From Escherichia coli (GTDB taxonomy: Bacteria; Pseudomonadota; Gammaproteobacteria; Enterobacterales; Enterobacteriaceae): a stretch of DNA of 64,000 nucleotides. A program made the translations under genes and the position numbers. Every line of letters begins with the position of its first letter. Position 1 is the first letter of the stretch. The stretch is taken from the NCBI RefSeq assembly GCF_003334305.1, contig NZ_QOWS01000023.1; one strand, 5' to 3'. The notes beneath the pieces are model-generated. The model was given only the letters and a program-made list of their open reading frames with translations. It searched no databases and had not been told where the DNA came from. Positions 21,501-32,515 of the stretch are shown piece after piece.

Positions 21501-22396
21501 TATTTCCCCCGTTTGGCGCGTGGATGCGCCGCATCGTACACCGAGGCAAGGTGTTGAAAATCAAGATGAGTATAGATTTGCGTGGTGGAGAGGTTGGCAT
21601 GACCCAGCAGCTCCTGCACACCACGAAGATCGCCGCTCGACTCCAGCATATGCGTAGCGAACGAGTGACGTAATTTATGTGGGTGAACGTGATTATTCAG
21701 CCCTTGTTTTATGCCCCATTCGGCAAAGCGTTTCTGCACATTACGCGCGGAGATACGCTTGCCCAGTTTCGACAGAAAAAGCGCGTCGTCTTCGCTACCA
21801 AACAGGTCGCGCAAATCAAGCCAGTGCTCAATCCACGCCACAGCGTTGCGACCAATCGGCAGGCGGCGCTCTTTGCTGCCTTTCCCCATTACCCACACTT
21901 CACCAGACTCCAGGTCGAGGTGTTTGATATCCAGCCCCACCAGCTCGGAAAGACGCAGACCCGCGCCGTACATCACTTCCAGCATTGCACGGTCGCGTAC
22001 AGCGAGGGGATCGTTGATATCAATATCCAGCAGCCGATTCATATCGTCGACGTCGATGTTTTTCGGCAGATGACGCGGCGCTTTCGGTGCCGAAACTCCT
22101 TTCGCCGGGTTAGCTTTGAGTTCGTTCTGGCTGACCAGCCAGTCAAAAAAGCTACGTAGCGCAGAAAGCCGTAACGCGAGGCTTGCTGCTCCCAGCCCTT
22201 TACGGCGACTGCGTACAGCAAAATTGCGCACCATCGTCACATCACATTGCTGCCAGCTTTGCAGGCCGTTTTCGCTGGCAAAATTGATGATCGCCTCAAG
22301 CTGACGCTGGTAGTTAAGCAGGGTTATCGGGCTAAGCTGGCGCTCCACGCTCAGATAACGTAGGTAGCGTTCTACATCGGTGTGTAAATCGGTCAT
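21500..22396 (-). CDS. xerC: tyrosine recombinase XerC (298 aa)
   Basis: [40 protein letters not shown]... with C-terminal HxxR...Y catalytic region. Confidence 0.95.
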
Positions 22397-23100
22397 ACGC
22401 GTTCAATCCAACGCTCCAGAAGCTCCGGCAACATCAGCGCAATTTCATGAAGTAACTGCGTTCCTTGCCCTTGTTGATAGTGACTGGCATCGCGACTGGT
22501 AAACAGCACGACACCCAAATCAGCATCGCTTCCCAGCATCGACATCGCCACCGATCCCACCGCTTTCGCTTCCGGTAGCACCACCAGCAGCTCTGGTCCG
22601 TTAAGCGGCCCAAGATAGTGCTGTTCCTGCCCCAAACGCTGAATACGCAGCGGTTCGAAAGACTGACGGCTTAATGCCAGATGAGTGTGGTTCGACGGCG
22701 CACCTAAGCGCCAGCGATCCGGAAACAGGCGCAGACTCGCACCTGCCAGGCCGAGATCGCGCGCCCAGCGGTGAAAGCGCATCAGCATATCGTCGAGACT
22801 GCTGGCGGCGGTGAGACTGCGCTGCAGGTAGAGTAGGCGATAAAACAGGCCTTCGTTGGCGATAGCCTGTTCCATCAACAGCGCCATGTTCTCTTCCAGA
22901 ACATGAATATGATTACGTGCGCGGGCCATGTGCCACTCGACCAACGAAACGGTGCCGCGTACCGGATGCGGCACACGTATCGCTTCTACTGCGCGCGCAT
23001 TACGGATAAAAAACTCAGGATTTTTAATCAGATAATCGACAACCGCCCGGTCATCAAGCTCCGTGAGTGTTTCCTGCAGTTCTTCCCCTGGTTGCTTCAT
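22393..23100 (-). CDS. yigA: DUF484-family protein YigA (235 aa)
   Basis: 235-aa ORF between dapF and xerC as in K-12; 4-bp overlaps with both neighbours. Confidence 0.85.
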
Positions 23101-23921
23101 AGATGAATAAATCCGTCGTAGACATGTACCGCCGGGCCAGTCATATATAACGGGTGACCCGGACCTTTCCAGGCGATATCAAGACGACCGCCGGGGAGTT
23201 CCACGCGTACTTCTTCGGCCAGCAAACCTTGCTGAATCCCTACTGCGACCGCCGCACACGCGCCGCTGCCGCAGGCCTGGGTTTCTCCTGCCCCACGCTC
23301 ATAAACGCGTAAACGAATATGCTCGCGCTTAACCACTTGCATAAAACCGATATTGGCGCGCTCCGGAAAACGCTCGTGGCTTTCCAGAACAGGACCAAGC
23401 GTTTCTACCGCCGCGGTATCGACATCATCGACCTGAATCACGCAATGCGGATTTCCCATCGACACCACGCCGCATAAGATTGTCTGCTCGGCGGCGCGCA
23501 TAATATAGGTCTTTTCCGCTTTGTTAGCGCGAAACGGCACGGCGGAAGGTTCGAAGTTGGGTTCGCCCATATTTACGCGGACCAGATCATCATCGGTGAC
23601 GGTCAGAACCATCCGCCCGTTGGCGGTGCTGACGCGGATATCACGCTTATTGGTCAGTCCTTTCAGACGCACAAAACGGGCAAAGCAGCGCGCACCGTTG
23701 CCGCACTGCGCCACTTCACTGCCATCAGCATTGAAAATGCGATAGTGAAAATCCAGTTCAGGATCATACGGCGGCTCAACCACCAGCAGTTGGTCAAACC
23801 CTACCCCCAGGTGCCGATCCGCCAGGCGACGAATCAGCTCCGGTGAAAAAAAGACATTCTGCGTTACCGCGTCGACGACCATAAAATCGTTGCCAAGGCC
23901 ATGCATTTTCGAGAACTGCAT
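23097..23921 (-). CDS. dapF: diaminopimelate epimerase (274 aa)
   Basis: ORF track 23097-23924; ATG at 23921 gives [37 protein letters not shown]... Confidence 0.95.
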
Positions 23922-23957
23922 CATTTACTCCAATCACGCGGGTACAGAAACTGACTT

Positions 23958-24161
23958 TTAGTAATTCACCTGGGATGGACCATCGCCAGTGGCGCGATCG
24001 TTTTTATCCGGCACCGTGGATTGCGTTTGCGTCTCTACCGGTTTGGTCGGCGGCGGTGCCTTTTTATCTGCAGGCGGGAAATAGAGCGGACCTTTCAGAC
24101 CGCAGCCCGTCAGGCTGAAGAGAGTAATTAATACAGTGAGTGCCTTAAACACGTTTTTCAT
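23958..24161 (-). CDS. yifL: small lipoprotein YifL (67 aa)
   Basis: ORF MKNVFKALTVLITLFSLTGCGLKGPLYFPPADKK... with LTGC lipobox. Confidence 0.8.
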   Translation of the reverse strand: MKNVFKALTVLITLFSLTGCGLKGPLYFPPADKKAPPPTKPVETQTQSTVPDKNDRATGDGPSQVNY

Positions 24162-24240
24162 TATGGATTGCCTGTAAAGTTCATCGCTTTCTGCTTTCTA
24201 TCATCGCAGGAGAAGGCGTAAAAGCAAGCGTTTAGCGACT

Positions 24241-24410
24241 CTTTATGAAGTCTGAAAAGTGAGGAAATGCTGCGAGTATAACGCTTACTCGTGGGGATTT
24301 ATGTTTTGCTGGTAGTTTCGTGATCGGCACCTCGCGCCAGGATGGCTCTATGCACTATCGCAATGTAGTTTGTTTGTTGGCTTGTTCGTTGTTCTTATCG
24401 TCGGCATGGA
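24241..24410. repeat. ~170-bp direct repeat, copy 1 (promoter-like leader plus truncated signal-peptide mini-ORF)
   Basis: Aligns by eye with 25324-25493 at high identity; contains ATG-initiated MHYRNVVCLLACSLFLSSAWSF* (22 codons) ending in a stop. Confidence 0.7.
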
Positions 24411-24510
24411 GCTTTTAAAAGAGTGGCGCACCATGCAATTTTGTTGTCTGACCTTAGTCGCCAGTGACATACAACTTTGCCAACCTGGTGATAAGAGGGA
24501 ATAAAATCTG

Positions 24511-25065
24511 ATGGGGCTATTTACCCAACTGGAAAAATTTGACCAAAAGCTTACGCGCGGTTATGCCCGGTGGGGGCGCTGGGTATGGCGGACGTTAATT
24601 GTCGTTCCGGTACTGGTCGTGTTGTGGAATATAGGACAGGCAGTATGGGGAGGACCAAGAGGTGGAGTGATTCTGGAAATCCACAGTGAAATTGACCGTC
24701 CGATACTGGGATTCAGTGTTAACGGCGTGGCGGGCGCGAATGCTTTTGCAAATGGTGGCGGTTCAATCACCTGTTGTGGTGATGTCAGTGGGGATACGGC
24801 AGAGGTTATCTGGACATTAGATATGACTCACGAGCAATATCTTAAAGGGATGCGTCTGGAGAAACGTAACAAGACTTTGCCTCTCCCAAAAAGAGAATGG
24901 GGAGAAAATTATCTGCATGTGCATTTTATGCCTGGCGATAAAGTGCTGCTGGGGTGGAGTAAAGATTCTTTTTCTCCGTATGAAGATCTTCACAACGGGG
25001 GGTACAAGACCCGCGTTCGGCAGGATGTGAAAGATAAACTTTATGGTACAGGGAAAATGAATTGA
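24511..25065 (+). CDS. hypothetical membrane-anchored protein (184 aa)
   Basis: ATG at 24511 preceded by aagaggga Shine-Dalgarno; N-terminal hydrophobic segment WVWRTLIVVPVLVVLWNIGQAVW; GGGSITCCGD motif. Confidence 0.6.
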   Translation: MGLFTQLEKFDQKLTRGYARWGRWVWRTLIVVPVLVVLWNIGQAVWGGPRGGVILEIHSEIDRPILGFSVNGVAGANAFANGGGSITCCGDVSGDTAEVIWTLDMTHEQYLKGMRLEKRNKTLPLPKREWGENYLHVHFMPGDKVLLGWSKDSFSPYEDLHNGGYKTRVRQDVKDKLYGTGKMN

Positions 25066-25323
25066 TAGATTTCTATAAAAATCACGTTCGGCAGAAAGCG
25101 TAATAATGTGGCGAATGTTAGATACCGGTGGTGGGACCTGAATACAACACGCGAAAGACAATAAAGTAGGTAACGGTGGGCAGAGTCGCATGTTGAAACC
25201 CTTCCCGGCGTCAATCCGGCACATTTTAACGTGATCAGTCACACCATGGCGCAGTACCTCGTATTTATATCGTGAATGAAAACCTCAAGTTTACACCAGC
25301 AACTATCAGAAAATAGCGATGAC

Positions 25324-25493
25324 CTTTATGGATTCTGAAAAGTGACGATTTGCTGCGAAAGTTACGCTTACGTGCGGAGATTTATGTTCTGCTGGTAGTT
25401 TCGTGATCGGCACCTCGCGCCAGGATGGCTTTATGCACTATCGCAATGTGGTTTGTTTGTTGGCTTGTTCATTGTTCTTATCGTCGGCATGGG
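25324..25493. repeat. ~170-bp direct repeat, copy 2 (includes the start of the 492-aa ORF)
   Basis: Aligns with 24241-24410; here the signal-peptide reading frame continues into a long ORF. Confidence 0.7.
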
Positions 25494-26911
25494 GATGTCG
25501 GCTTGATGCGCCTGAACATAATATTTACCAGAAACAGGGAAAAGGCGTGGTGTACCTGCGCCCTTATAAAGAAACAAATCTTTCTCTTCCTGACGTGAAT
25601 TACAAAAGTTTGCGCCGTTTACCCAATTTATTAATAGACCCGACAACACTAGACAAATGGGATAAAGTACCTCCTCTGACTGATCTGACAACCGACTACC
25701 TCTATGAAGGCGCACAGGCCTGGTATCCTCATTACTCCTGGCATAGCGATGGTCGCTATATCCTCTACGCGGGTGAAGTTGTGCAAAACCCGCCAGACAA
25801 ACCTCCCGTCGATGTCGCCTCGTTCAAGGCGTGGGGTGATTTTGCCGCAGATAAACACAGTCTCTATTTCGAAGGCAAGCGCACCGATAACAATGGCGGG
25901 GGAAATCGCTTAGATATCAAAACACTGCATCAGGTGGAATTCCGGCCTCCCTGGGATCCTGACTTACTGGGGCTGATATTACGTGACGCTAATTTCTTGT
26001 ATATCAATGGGCATCGCCTCGCAGATCCCGATAGTTTCCGTGTGCTGGCACAAAAGTCATGGGATCAGCGAGGAAAGTTTTCTACCGCGTTTAATCCCTG
26101 TGTGGCTATGCCATTTGGCCCCTGGGATACCCTGGCTCGTACACGGACCAAAATCCTGATCAACGGCGAACAGCTTGATGCCGACCCGGACACCTTTTCC
26201 GTCGTGCGCTGGATGCCCGGCTCACTCTTGACCTGGCGTGATAAAAACGGGCTGCAGCGTAAAGTCCTCGACAAGGAAAATCTGGAGTGGGATGAAGATT
26301 TAACAAAGCACTGTCTGGATTTTTCTCTGCTGGAAAAGAAAGTGTTCTGGCGTAAAGGACCTGCTTGTAAACAGGAAGAATTACCCGGACTCGATCCGGA
26401 GCAGTTTCAACCCATCAGTGATGCTGTCGCCCAGTATCAGGACTCGCTTTATACCATCATCGAAACAGAGTCTGGTGACCGCAAGCTGGAAATCGTGAAA
26501 CTTGATGATCCCAATCTTATTATCAACAAACGTTTCAACGCCGGGAAACGCCACGGCTATTTACTTACGCGTGCCGAAGGGTGGCCATACCATTCCGGTT
26601 TACATGTGTTTGAATCTGACGGACCGCTGATCTTACTGGATAACCGTTCTCCGGATGAACGCGAAGCCCATCTTAATGACCATCCCTTTTTGCGCAGATG
26701 GTATGCCCGCGATAACCGCTACATTTACAGCTTTGATGGCGCGCAGCTCTGGCGATACCGCACCGCTGATCCGAAACAAGTTCGCTTAATCTGGAAGGAA
26801 CAACATTCGGGATATGGCTATGGCGTAAATTACAAAACGGGATATCTGGACGGAAAAATTACTGATGACGGCGAATTTATTCCTGCCCCGCGCAATGAGG
26901 CGACAAAATGA
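25433..26911 (+). CDS. hypothetical exported or lipoprotein repeat protein (492 aa from ATG 25433; ORF track starts 25403)
   Basis: N-terminus MHYRNVVCLLACSLFLSSAWGC... signal/lipoprotein-like; internal recurring AD-x-D-[ST]-F and D-K-x-x-L-Y-F-x-G motifs; paralogous to the next ORF. Confidence 0.7.
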   Translation: MHYRNVVCLLACSLFLSSAWGCRLDAPEHNIYQKQGKGVVYLRPYKETNLSLPDVNYKSLRRLPNLLIDPTTLDKWDKVPPLTDLTTDYLYEGAQAWYPHYSWHSDGRYILYAGEVVQNPPDKPPVDVASFKAWGDFAADKHSLYFEGKRTDNNGGGNRLDIKTLHQVEFRPPWDPDLLGLILRDANFLYINGHRLADPDSFRVLAQKSWDQRGKFSTAFNPCVAMPFGPWDTLARTRTKILINGEQLDADPDTFSVVRWMPGSLLTWRDKNGLQRKVLDKENLEWDEDLTKHCLDFSLLEKKVFWRKGPACKQEELPGLDPEQFQPISDAVAQYQDSLYTIIETESGDRKLEIVKLDDPNLIINKRFNAGKRHGYLLTRAEGWPYHSGLHVFESDGPLILLDNRSPDEREAHLNDHPFLRRWYARDNRYIYSFDGAQLWRYRTADPKQVRLIWKEQHSGYGYGVNYKTGYLDGKITDDGEFIPAPRNEATK

Positions 26912-28233
26912 AGGGTCAAATAATCACAGTTGCACTCATCCTGTTGGGACACACATTTCTGACGCCTGCTGTACAGGCCATAGGGTTCGACTATTACAAT
27001 GATCACGGTGTTATGTCTTACGGTAAAGGTTATTGGGGGGATAAGAAAATCATTGCCCAATTTCCGAAGATGAACAGAGCCGATTTGCGCCTTGTGACAA
27101 ATATATCCGGGGAGCGGGAGTTGGTGGAAGGCTATATACCCACCGATGAAATAAGCATAAAAAATGAGGAATACCACTGGGTGACAGACGGCCGCGTTAT
27201 TCTCTGGCGTGGCAAAATCGTTAGCAATCCACCGGGAACACCCACTGTCGATATTGCCAGCTTTCAGGCTATGGGCCGCTTCGCGGTCGATAAATATAGC
27301 CTCTATTTTGACGGACAGCGCACCGAAAGTAATAGCGGCGCGTCACGTGTTGATCTGGCGACACTAAAAGCTATCGAAGGTAACTCTACCACGCTGGTGG
27401 ATAGTAAAAATCTCTATTTGTCCGGTCGACGTCAGGGGAGCAGCAGTAATGTTACTGTATTAGAAAAAAGATGGTGGGGTATTAATCCACGTCTTATGAG
27501 TGTAAACAGAAATTTGTATTCCAATGATCTGCTTATCCGCAGTGGGCAGAATATTTATTTAAATGGCGTTCACCTTACGGCGAATGCAGACTCATTTGAG
27601 ATAATTCGCTGGATACCTCATTCACTGCTGGTTTTTCGCGACAATAAGGGTATGCATCGTTATCCCTTTGGGCAATTGTCTGGCAAAGCGATACCCGTAG
27701 ATGATGACGTCTCTTTTGAAGTAGGGGAAAGTCGCGTTCGCTGGCGTAAACAGCTCACGTCCGACCGTCAGTGGAGCAAGTGGATAGACCTACCAGATAT
27801 TGAACCTGAACAATTCCATCTGATTACTGGCAATATTGCGCAATATAAAGATCGGCTGTATGTAACAAAATTATCGACATTTGGTGAAGACCAGCTTGAG
27901 ATAATCCCGCTGGATACGCCAGACCTGGTCATTGATCGCTCATTTAATAGCGGCAAACAGCATGCTTATTTTATCCGCCAATTACGGTCAAAGAGCGTGC
28001 AAATTATTCCAGTTAACGGTCCGCTAACTAAAAACGATCGCTTCGCTTATGACGATCGCAATGTTTATACATGGACCGATACAGAGGTAAGGATTACGCC
28101 CTCCCCCTGCCCGGCGAAAACACACGTCAGAGAAGAGAATGTGCGTGAACTTCACAACAGAGACATTATTATTCCGTTGACGGATGACTCATGCCGGAAC
28201 GCAGCAACAGACGGGCAAACTTTGAAGCCCTGA
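26908..28233 (+). CDS. hypothetical secreted repeat protein (441 aa), paralogue of the upstream ORF
   Basis: N-terminal signal peptide MKGQIITVALILLGHTFLTPAVQA; shares conserved blocks with the 492-aa protein (e.g. NPPGTPTVDIASFQAMGRFAVDKYSLYFDGQRT vs NPPDKPPVDVASFKAWGDFAADKHSLYFEGKRT); ATGA start/stop overlap. Confidence 0.7.
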   Translation: MKGQIITVALILLGHTFLTPAVQAIGFDYYNDHGVMSYGKGYWGDKKIIAQFPKMNRADLRLVTNISGERELVEGYIPTDEISIKNEEYHWVTDGRVILWRGKIVSNPPGTPTVDIASFQAMGRFAVDKYSLYFDGQRTESNSGASRVDLATLKAIEGNSTTLVDSKNLYLSGRRQGSSSNVTVLEKRWWGINPRLMSVNRNLYSNDLLIRSGQNIYLNGVHLTANADSFEIIRWIPHSLLVFRDNKGMHRYPFGQLSGKAIPVDDDVSFEVGESRVRWRKQLTSDRQWSKWIDLPDIEPEQFHLITGNIAQYKDRLYVTKLSTFGEDQLEIIPLDTPDLVIDRSFNSGKQHAYFIRQLRSKSVQIIPVNGPLTKNDRFAYDDRNVYTWTDTEVRITPSPCPAKTHVREENVRELHNRDIIIPLTDDSCRNAATDGQTLKP

Positions 28234-28280
28234 CCCCATACCGCTATACTGCCGCCATCACTTAAAGACAGGATACAACA

Positions 28281-28601
28281 ATGAACGACAGTGAATTTCA
28301 TCGCCTGGCTGATCAACTCTGGCTGACCATTGAAGAACGCCTGGACGACTGGGATGGCGACAGCGATATCGACTGCGAAATCAACGGCGGCGTACTGACC
28401 ATTACCTTTGAAAACGGCAGCAAAATCATTATTAACCGCCAGGAGCCGCTGCACCAGGTGTGGCTGGCAACCAAACAGGGCGGCTACCATTTTGACCTAA
28501 AAGGCGATGAGTGGATTTGCGATCGCAGCGGCGAAACCTTCTGGGATTTGCTGGAACAGGCGGCGACGCAGCAGGCGGGTGAAACAGTCAGTTTCCGCTA
28601 A
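28281..28601 (+). CDS. cyaY: frataxin homologue CyaY (106 aa)
   Basis: [66 protein letters not shown]... recognised as CyaY. Confidence 0.95.
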
Positions 28602-28640
28602 GATTGCATGCCGGATAAGCCTCGCTTTCCGGCACGTTCA

Positions 28641-31187
28641 TCACGAAAAATACTGCTGTAATAGCGGCGTATCGTGATCCTGATTGGCAGGCGGCATGTT
28701 ACCGATAGATTTTGTGCGGAACGGAATCACCTGTTCACGACCATCAACCTTCACAATCTGATAGAACTGCGGCAGGTTGAAGTTGATGAAGCTTGAGCCG
28801 TAGGTAAAACGGTCATGCGATGACGAGTAGAAGCGACTGACGTCACGTACCAGCTCCTCTTTGCTGCCTTCGCAGTGGTGATACACCTCAACCCGGTTGC
28901 TTTCGTCGAGAATGTAGATATTAAAGCCATTCTCGTCTTGCGTTTCTTCGAAAAAGAACTGGATGATCCCTTCGCTGGCAAAGCCGTCCACCACCGCCGG
29001 TAATTTGACGTGATTGGTTTCAACCTGCACTGACAGGCCGTGCAGTTTGTTATGCGAAATCGCGCCATAAAACTCGATGGCGTTTTCCAGTTTCTGTACC
29101 GATACATTCAGGCGTTCGAAGAACAACCCCCAGGTTTGACCAGAAACGCGCAGCGCCTTGAAACGCCCGGTTTCCTGGCGGGTGCTGGAAAGGCGCAGTT
29201 CAATACACTCAGAAACCAGTTGCTGCACGCGAGTACGGATTAAGCCGCGCAGATGCTGGCTATAACAGAAGACTTCCACGCTATCTGGCGGTGCGGCGTC
29301 CTGATGCATTTTGCCGAGAATAGTTTTCAGGGCTTCGATCATCGATTGCTCGCCGTTGAAGTGCAGCGTACGCACTTCGTTCCACGAGTTGCGGTACAGC
29401 AGGTCAACGCTACCTACCAGGCAATTTTGATTCTCGCCAAAGCTGAAGACATCCAGCTTACGGAAATCAAAATGCACCACCTGATTGCGGAACGCCGCTG
29501 TCGGGTCATATTCCAGGTTAACGATAATCGCCAGATGGCGGATCTCACACGGGCTGTAGAGCGCCTTCGGTGTCGGTGCAGGTAAGCGCAGCGGGAAATG
29601 GTGCGACACGTCGGCGACCATCTCCTGCAACTTAGGCAAATCGACAATGCCGTTACCTTTAATATACAAACGGGTGCGCGAGGTCAGCAGGCCGTTAAAC
29701 CATGCCCACGCCACCAGTTTGTTCAGGTAACGGTTATATTCCAGCGGCTGATGGCTGATGATCGACTCAATATTTGGCGCGCGGTTATACAGATACCAAC
29801 CTGAACGGTTAGCACGGCCCGGCGGCACATAAATAAAGGTCAGATTCGGTTCCGAGAGATCGGGTGAAATCTGCGGGTTTACCAGCGTCACTTTACCTGG
29901 TAATGCTTCAAACGCGGCATACAGCTTACGCGTCAGCACGCCGATATCCTGCGGACTGGCGGAGACGCTAAGGTTATTGCGACGCGCAAAGCGGATCAGA
30001 TTACGGTAGCTCTGCATCATCGCGTCGAGCAACTCGTTGTGCGCCTCACGCACCTGATCAATCTTCCAGTTAGCGCGGTTATCGAGCATTGCCAGACGAG
30101 CTTCGTCCCAACCCCACTCGCTCACTAACTGGCTCAACACTGCGCGACGCCAGCCTACGCAGGCGCGTTCACGGCTGAGCTTTTCGCACACTTTTAAATA
30201 GAAGCAGCGACGTACTAAATCCAGACGGGTAAAATCTTCAATCGCCGTCAGGTATTCAGTAACACGCTCCAGCATCATGCAGTATGGATCGAGACCAAAC
30301 GATACAATCTCGCCGTCGTGCAAACGCTGTTTGATATCTTTCGCCAGCAGACGTGGGTTCGGGTATTCCCAGGAATAGGCTTCCAGCAGCAGTGTTTTCA
30401 GTACCGCTTTGTATGGGGAATCGATACTCTTGTAGAGCTGCCAGAGGCTGGCACCAAAGTACTCTTCAGCAGAAAGCGAGCTTAAGCCACCGAGATCCAG
30501 CCATTCATTTGGCGTCAGCACGCCCTGCGCGTAAAGCGTCATCACATAGTCGTCGTAATGCTCTTCTTCGTCGCACGGCACCATATTCCACAGAATACGC
30601 TTACCGGCGAGACGCACGGCGGTACGATAAAATTCGTCAAGCAGCAGTATATGCTGGGTGGAGCCACAATCTTCGCCCCCCAGGCTGCCGCTTTCATTAT
30701 GACGGAAGCGGTTTTCATCAATCAGGAAGAAGCTGACTTCCACACCCAGCGAGGCGGCCCAGCTTTCCAGCAGACTACATTTACGTTGTAGTAACTGGCG
30801 CTCTTCGCTATCGAGCCAGGATTGATGACAGACCCAGATATCCAGGTCAGAGGAACAACTTTGCCCTACGGACGAGGTGCTGCCCATGGTGTATACACCA
30901 GTAATTGGAAGCTCACCTTTCGGTGGGTCCTGTACTGACATTCCACGATACAGTTCAAGCTCGTTCAGGTAGTGGCGTTGAGTTTCATCAGGCGTGTAAA
31001 GGCAAATGCCTTTGGGAACGTTACCATCAAGGTAACCCGGCATTAGCGGATGGTGATAGTGCAACAATGTCGGCAGTAGACTGTAGACCTGTTGGAATGC
31101 AGGCCCCATAGCAGCAAGCGCGCGATCCACACGCAATTGATTTATGGCATCCAGTCTCTGTTTCAGAGTCTCAATATAGAGGTACAA
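28641..31187 (-). CDS. cyaA: adenylate cyclase (848 aa), TTG start
   Basis: 848-aa ORF beginning (TTG)[46 protein letters not shown]...; I recall cyaA using a UUG start in E. coli. Confidence 0.96.
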   Translation of the reverse strand: MYLYIETLKQRLDAINQLRVDRALAAMGPAFQQVYSLLPTLLHYHHPLMPGYLDGNVPKGICLYTPDETQRHYLNELELYRGMSVQDPPKGELPITGVYTMGSTSSVGQSCSSDLDIWVCHQSWLDSEERQLLQRKCSLLESWAASLGVEVSFFLIDENRFRHNESGSLGGEDCGSTQHILLLDEFYRTAVRLAGKRILWNMVPCDEEEHYDDYVMTLYAQGVLTPNEWLDLGGLSSLSAEEYFGASLWQLYKSIDSPYKAVLKTLLLEAYSWEYPNPRLLAKDIKQRLHDGEIVSFGLDPYCMMLERVTEYLTAIEDFTRLDLVRRCFYLKVCEKLSRERACVGWRRAVLSQLVSEWGWDEARLAMLDNRANWKIDQVREAHNELLDAMMQSYRNLIRFARRNNLSVSASPQDIGVLTRKLYAAFEALPGKVTLVNPQISPDLSEPNLTFIYVPPGRANRSGWYLYNRAPNIESIISHQPLEYNRYLNKLVAWAWFNGLLTSRTRLYIKGNGIVDLPKLQEMVADVSHHFPLRLPAPTPKALYSPCEIRHLAIIVNLEYDPTAAFRNQVVHFDFRKLDVFSFGENQNCLVGSVDLLYRNSWNEVRTLHFNGEQSMIEALKTILGKMHQDAAPPDSVEVFCYSQHLRGLIRTRVQQLVSECIELRLSSTRQETGRFKALRVSGQTWGLFFERLNVSVQKLENAIEFYGAISHNKLHGLSVQVETNHVKLPAVVDGFASEGIIQFFFEETQDENGFNIYILDESNRVEVYHHCEGSKEELVRDVSRFYSSSHDRFTYGSSFINFNLPQFYQIVKVDGREQVIPFRTKSIGNMPPANQDHDTPLLQQYFS

Positions 31188-31573
31188 GACGTATCGCCTG
31201 ATTTGCTACCCGTCATGACTGTGATTCCGCCAACATCAACGGTAACACGCGGCATTCGGGATATTTCGTATGTCAAAGGTAACCGTTACCACTTTTCGCG
31301 CCTGGTTTTTTTAGTTTCACGACGAAAAAATGGTCTAAAACGTGATCAATTTAACACCTTGCTGATTGACCGTAAAGAAAGATGCGCTACATACAAGTGT
31401 AGCACCGTTTATTCTCTGTAAATTCCTTATTACGACGGCGTGAAACGCCTGTCAGGATCCACTGCCAGACCTCATTTTACGGTTTGCGCAGGCGTCTACG
31501 TTTCACCACAACACTGACATCACTCTGGCAAGGATGTTAGGATGGACCACGGATGATAATGACGGTAACAAGC
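31188..31573. promoter_or_regulatory. cyaA / hemC divergent promoter region
   Basis: 386-bp divergent intergenic region; individual promoters not resolved. Confidence 0.4.
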
Positions 31574-32515
31574 ATGTTAGACAATGTTTTAAGAATTGCC
31601 ACACGCCAAAGCCCACTTGCACTCTGGCAGGCACACTATGTCAAAGACAAGTTGATGGCGAGCCATCCGGGCCTGGTGGTTGAACTGGTACCGATGGTGA
31701 CGCGCGGCGATGTGATTCTTGATACGCCGCTGGCGAAAGTAGGCGGAAAAGGCTTATTTGTAAAAGAGCTGGAAGTCGCGCTCCTGGAGAATCGCGCCGA
31801 TATCGCCGTACATTCAATGAAAGATGTGCCGGTTGAATTCCCGCAAGGTCTGGGGTTGGTCACTATTTGTGAGCGTGAAGATCCTCGCGATGCCTTTGTG
31901 TCCAATAATTATGACAGTCTGGATGCGTTACCGGCAGGCAGTATCGTCGGGACGTCCAGTTTACGTCGCCAGTGCCAACTGGCTGAACGCCGCCCGGATC
32001 TGATTATCCGCTCCCTGCGCGGCAACGTCGGCACTCGCCTGAGCAAACTAGATAACGGCGAATACGATGCCATCATTCTTGCCGTAGCCGGACTAAAACG
32101 TTTAGGTCTGGAGTCCCGCATTCGCGCCGCGTTACCACCCGAGATTTCTCTTCCGGCGGTAGGACAAGGTGCAGTCGGTATTGAATGCCGCCTTGATGAT
32201 ACGCGCACTCGCGAGCTGCTTGCCGCGCTGAATCACCACGAAACTGCACTGCGCGTTACCGCAGAACGCGCCATGAATACCCGTCTCGAAGGTGGATGTC
32301 AGGTGCCAATTGGTAGCTACGCCGAGCTTATTGATGGTGAAATCTGGCTGCGTGCGCTGGTCGGCGCGCCGGACGGTTCGCAGATTATTCGCGGTGAACG
32401 CCGCGGTGCGCCGCAAAATGCCGAACAAATGGGGATTTCGCTGGCAGAAGAGCTACTGAATAACGGCGCGCGCGAGATCCTCGCTGAAGTCTATAACGGA
32501 GACGCCCCGGCATGA
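31574..32515 (+). CDS. hemC: porphobilinogen deaminase (313 aa)
   Basis: ORF track 31553-32515; ATG at 31574 gives [34 protein letters not shown]... Confidence 0.95.
   Translation: MLDNVLRIATRQSPLALWQAHYVKDKLMASHPGLVVELVPMVTRGDVILDTPLAKVGGKGLFVKELEVALLENRADIAVHSMKDVPVEFPQGLGLVTICEREDPRDAFVSNNYDSLDALPAGSIVGTSSLRRQCQLAERRPDLIIRSLRGNVGTRLSKLDNGEYDAIILAVAGLKRLGLESRIRAALPPEISLPAVGQGAVGIECRLDDTRTRELLAALNHHETALRVTAERAMNTRLEGGCQVPIGSYAELIDGEIWLRALVGAPDGSQIIRGERRGAPQNAEQMGISLAEELLNNGAREILAEVYNGDAPA

Noticed and set aside
24337-24405. 22-codon ORF MHYRNVVCLLACSLFLSSAWSF as a possible functional small protein or leader peptide
   Set aside because: It is the duplicated signal-peptide coding start of the downstream paralogue, cut short by a stop; more parsimoniously a remnant. 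Reported as a finding, not as a gene.
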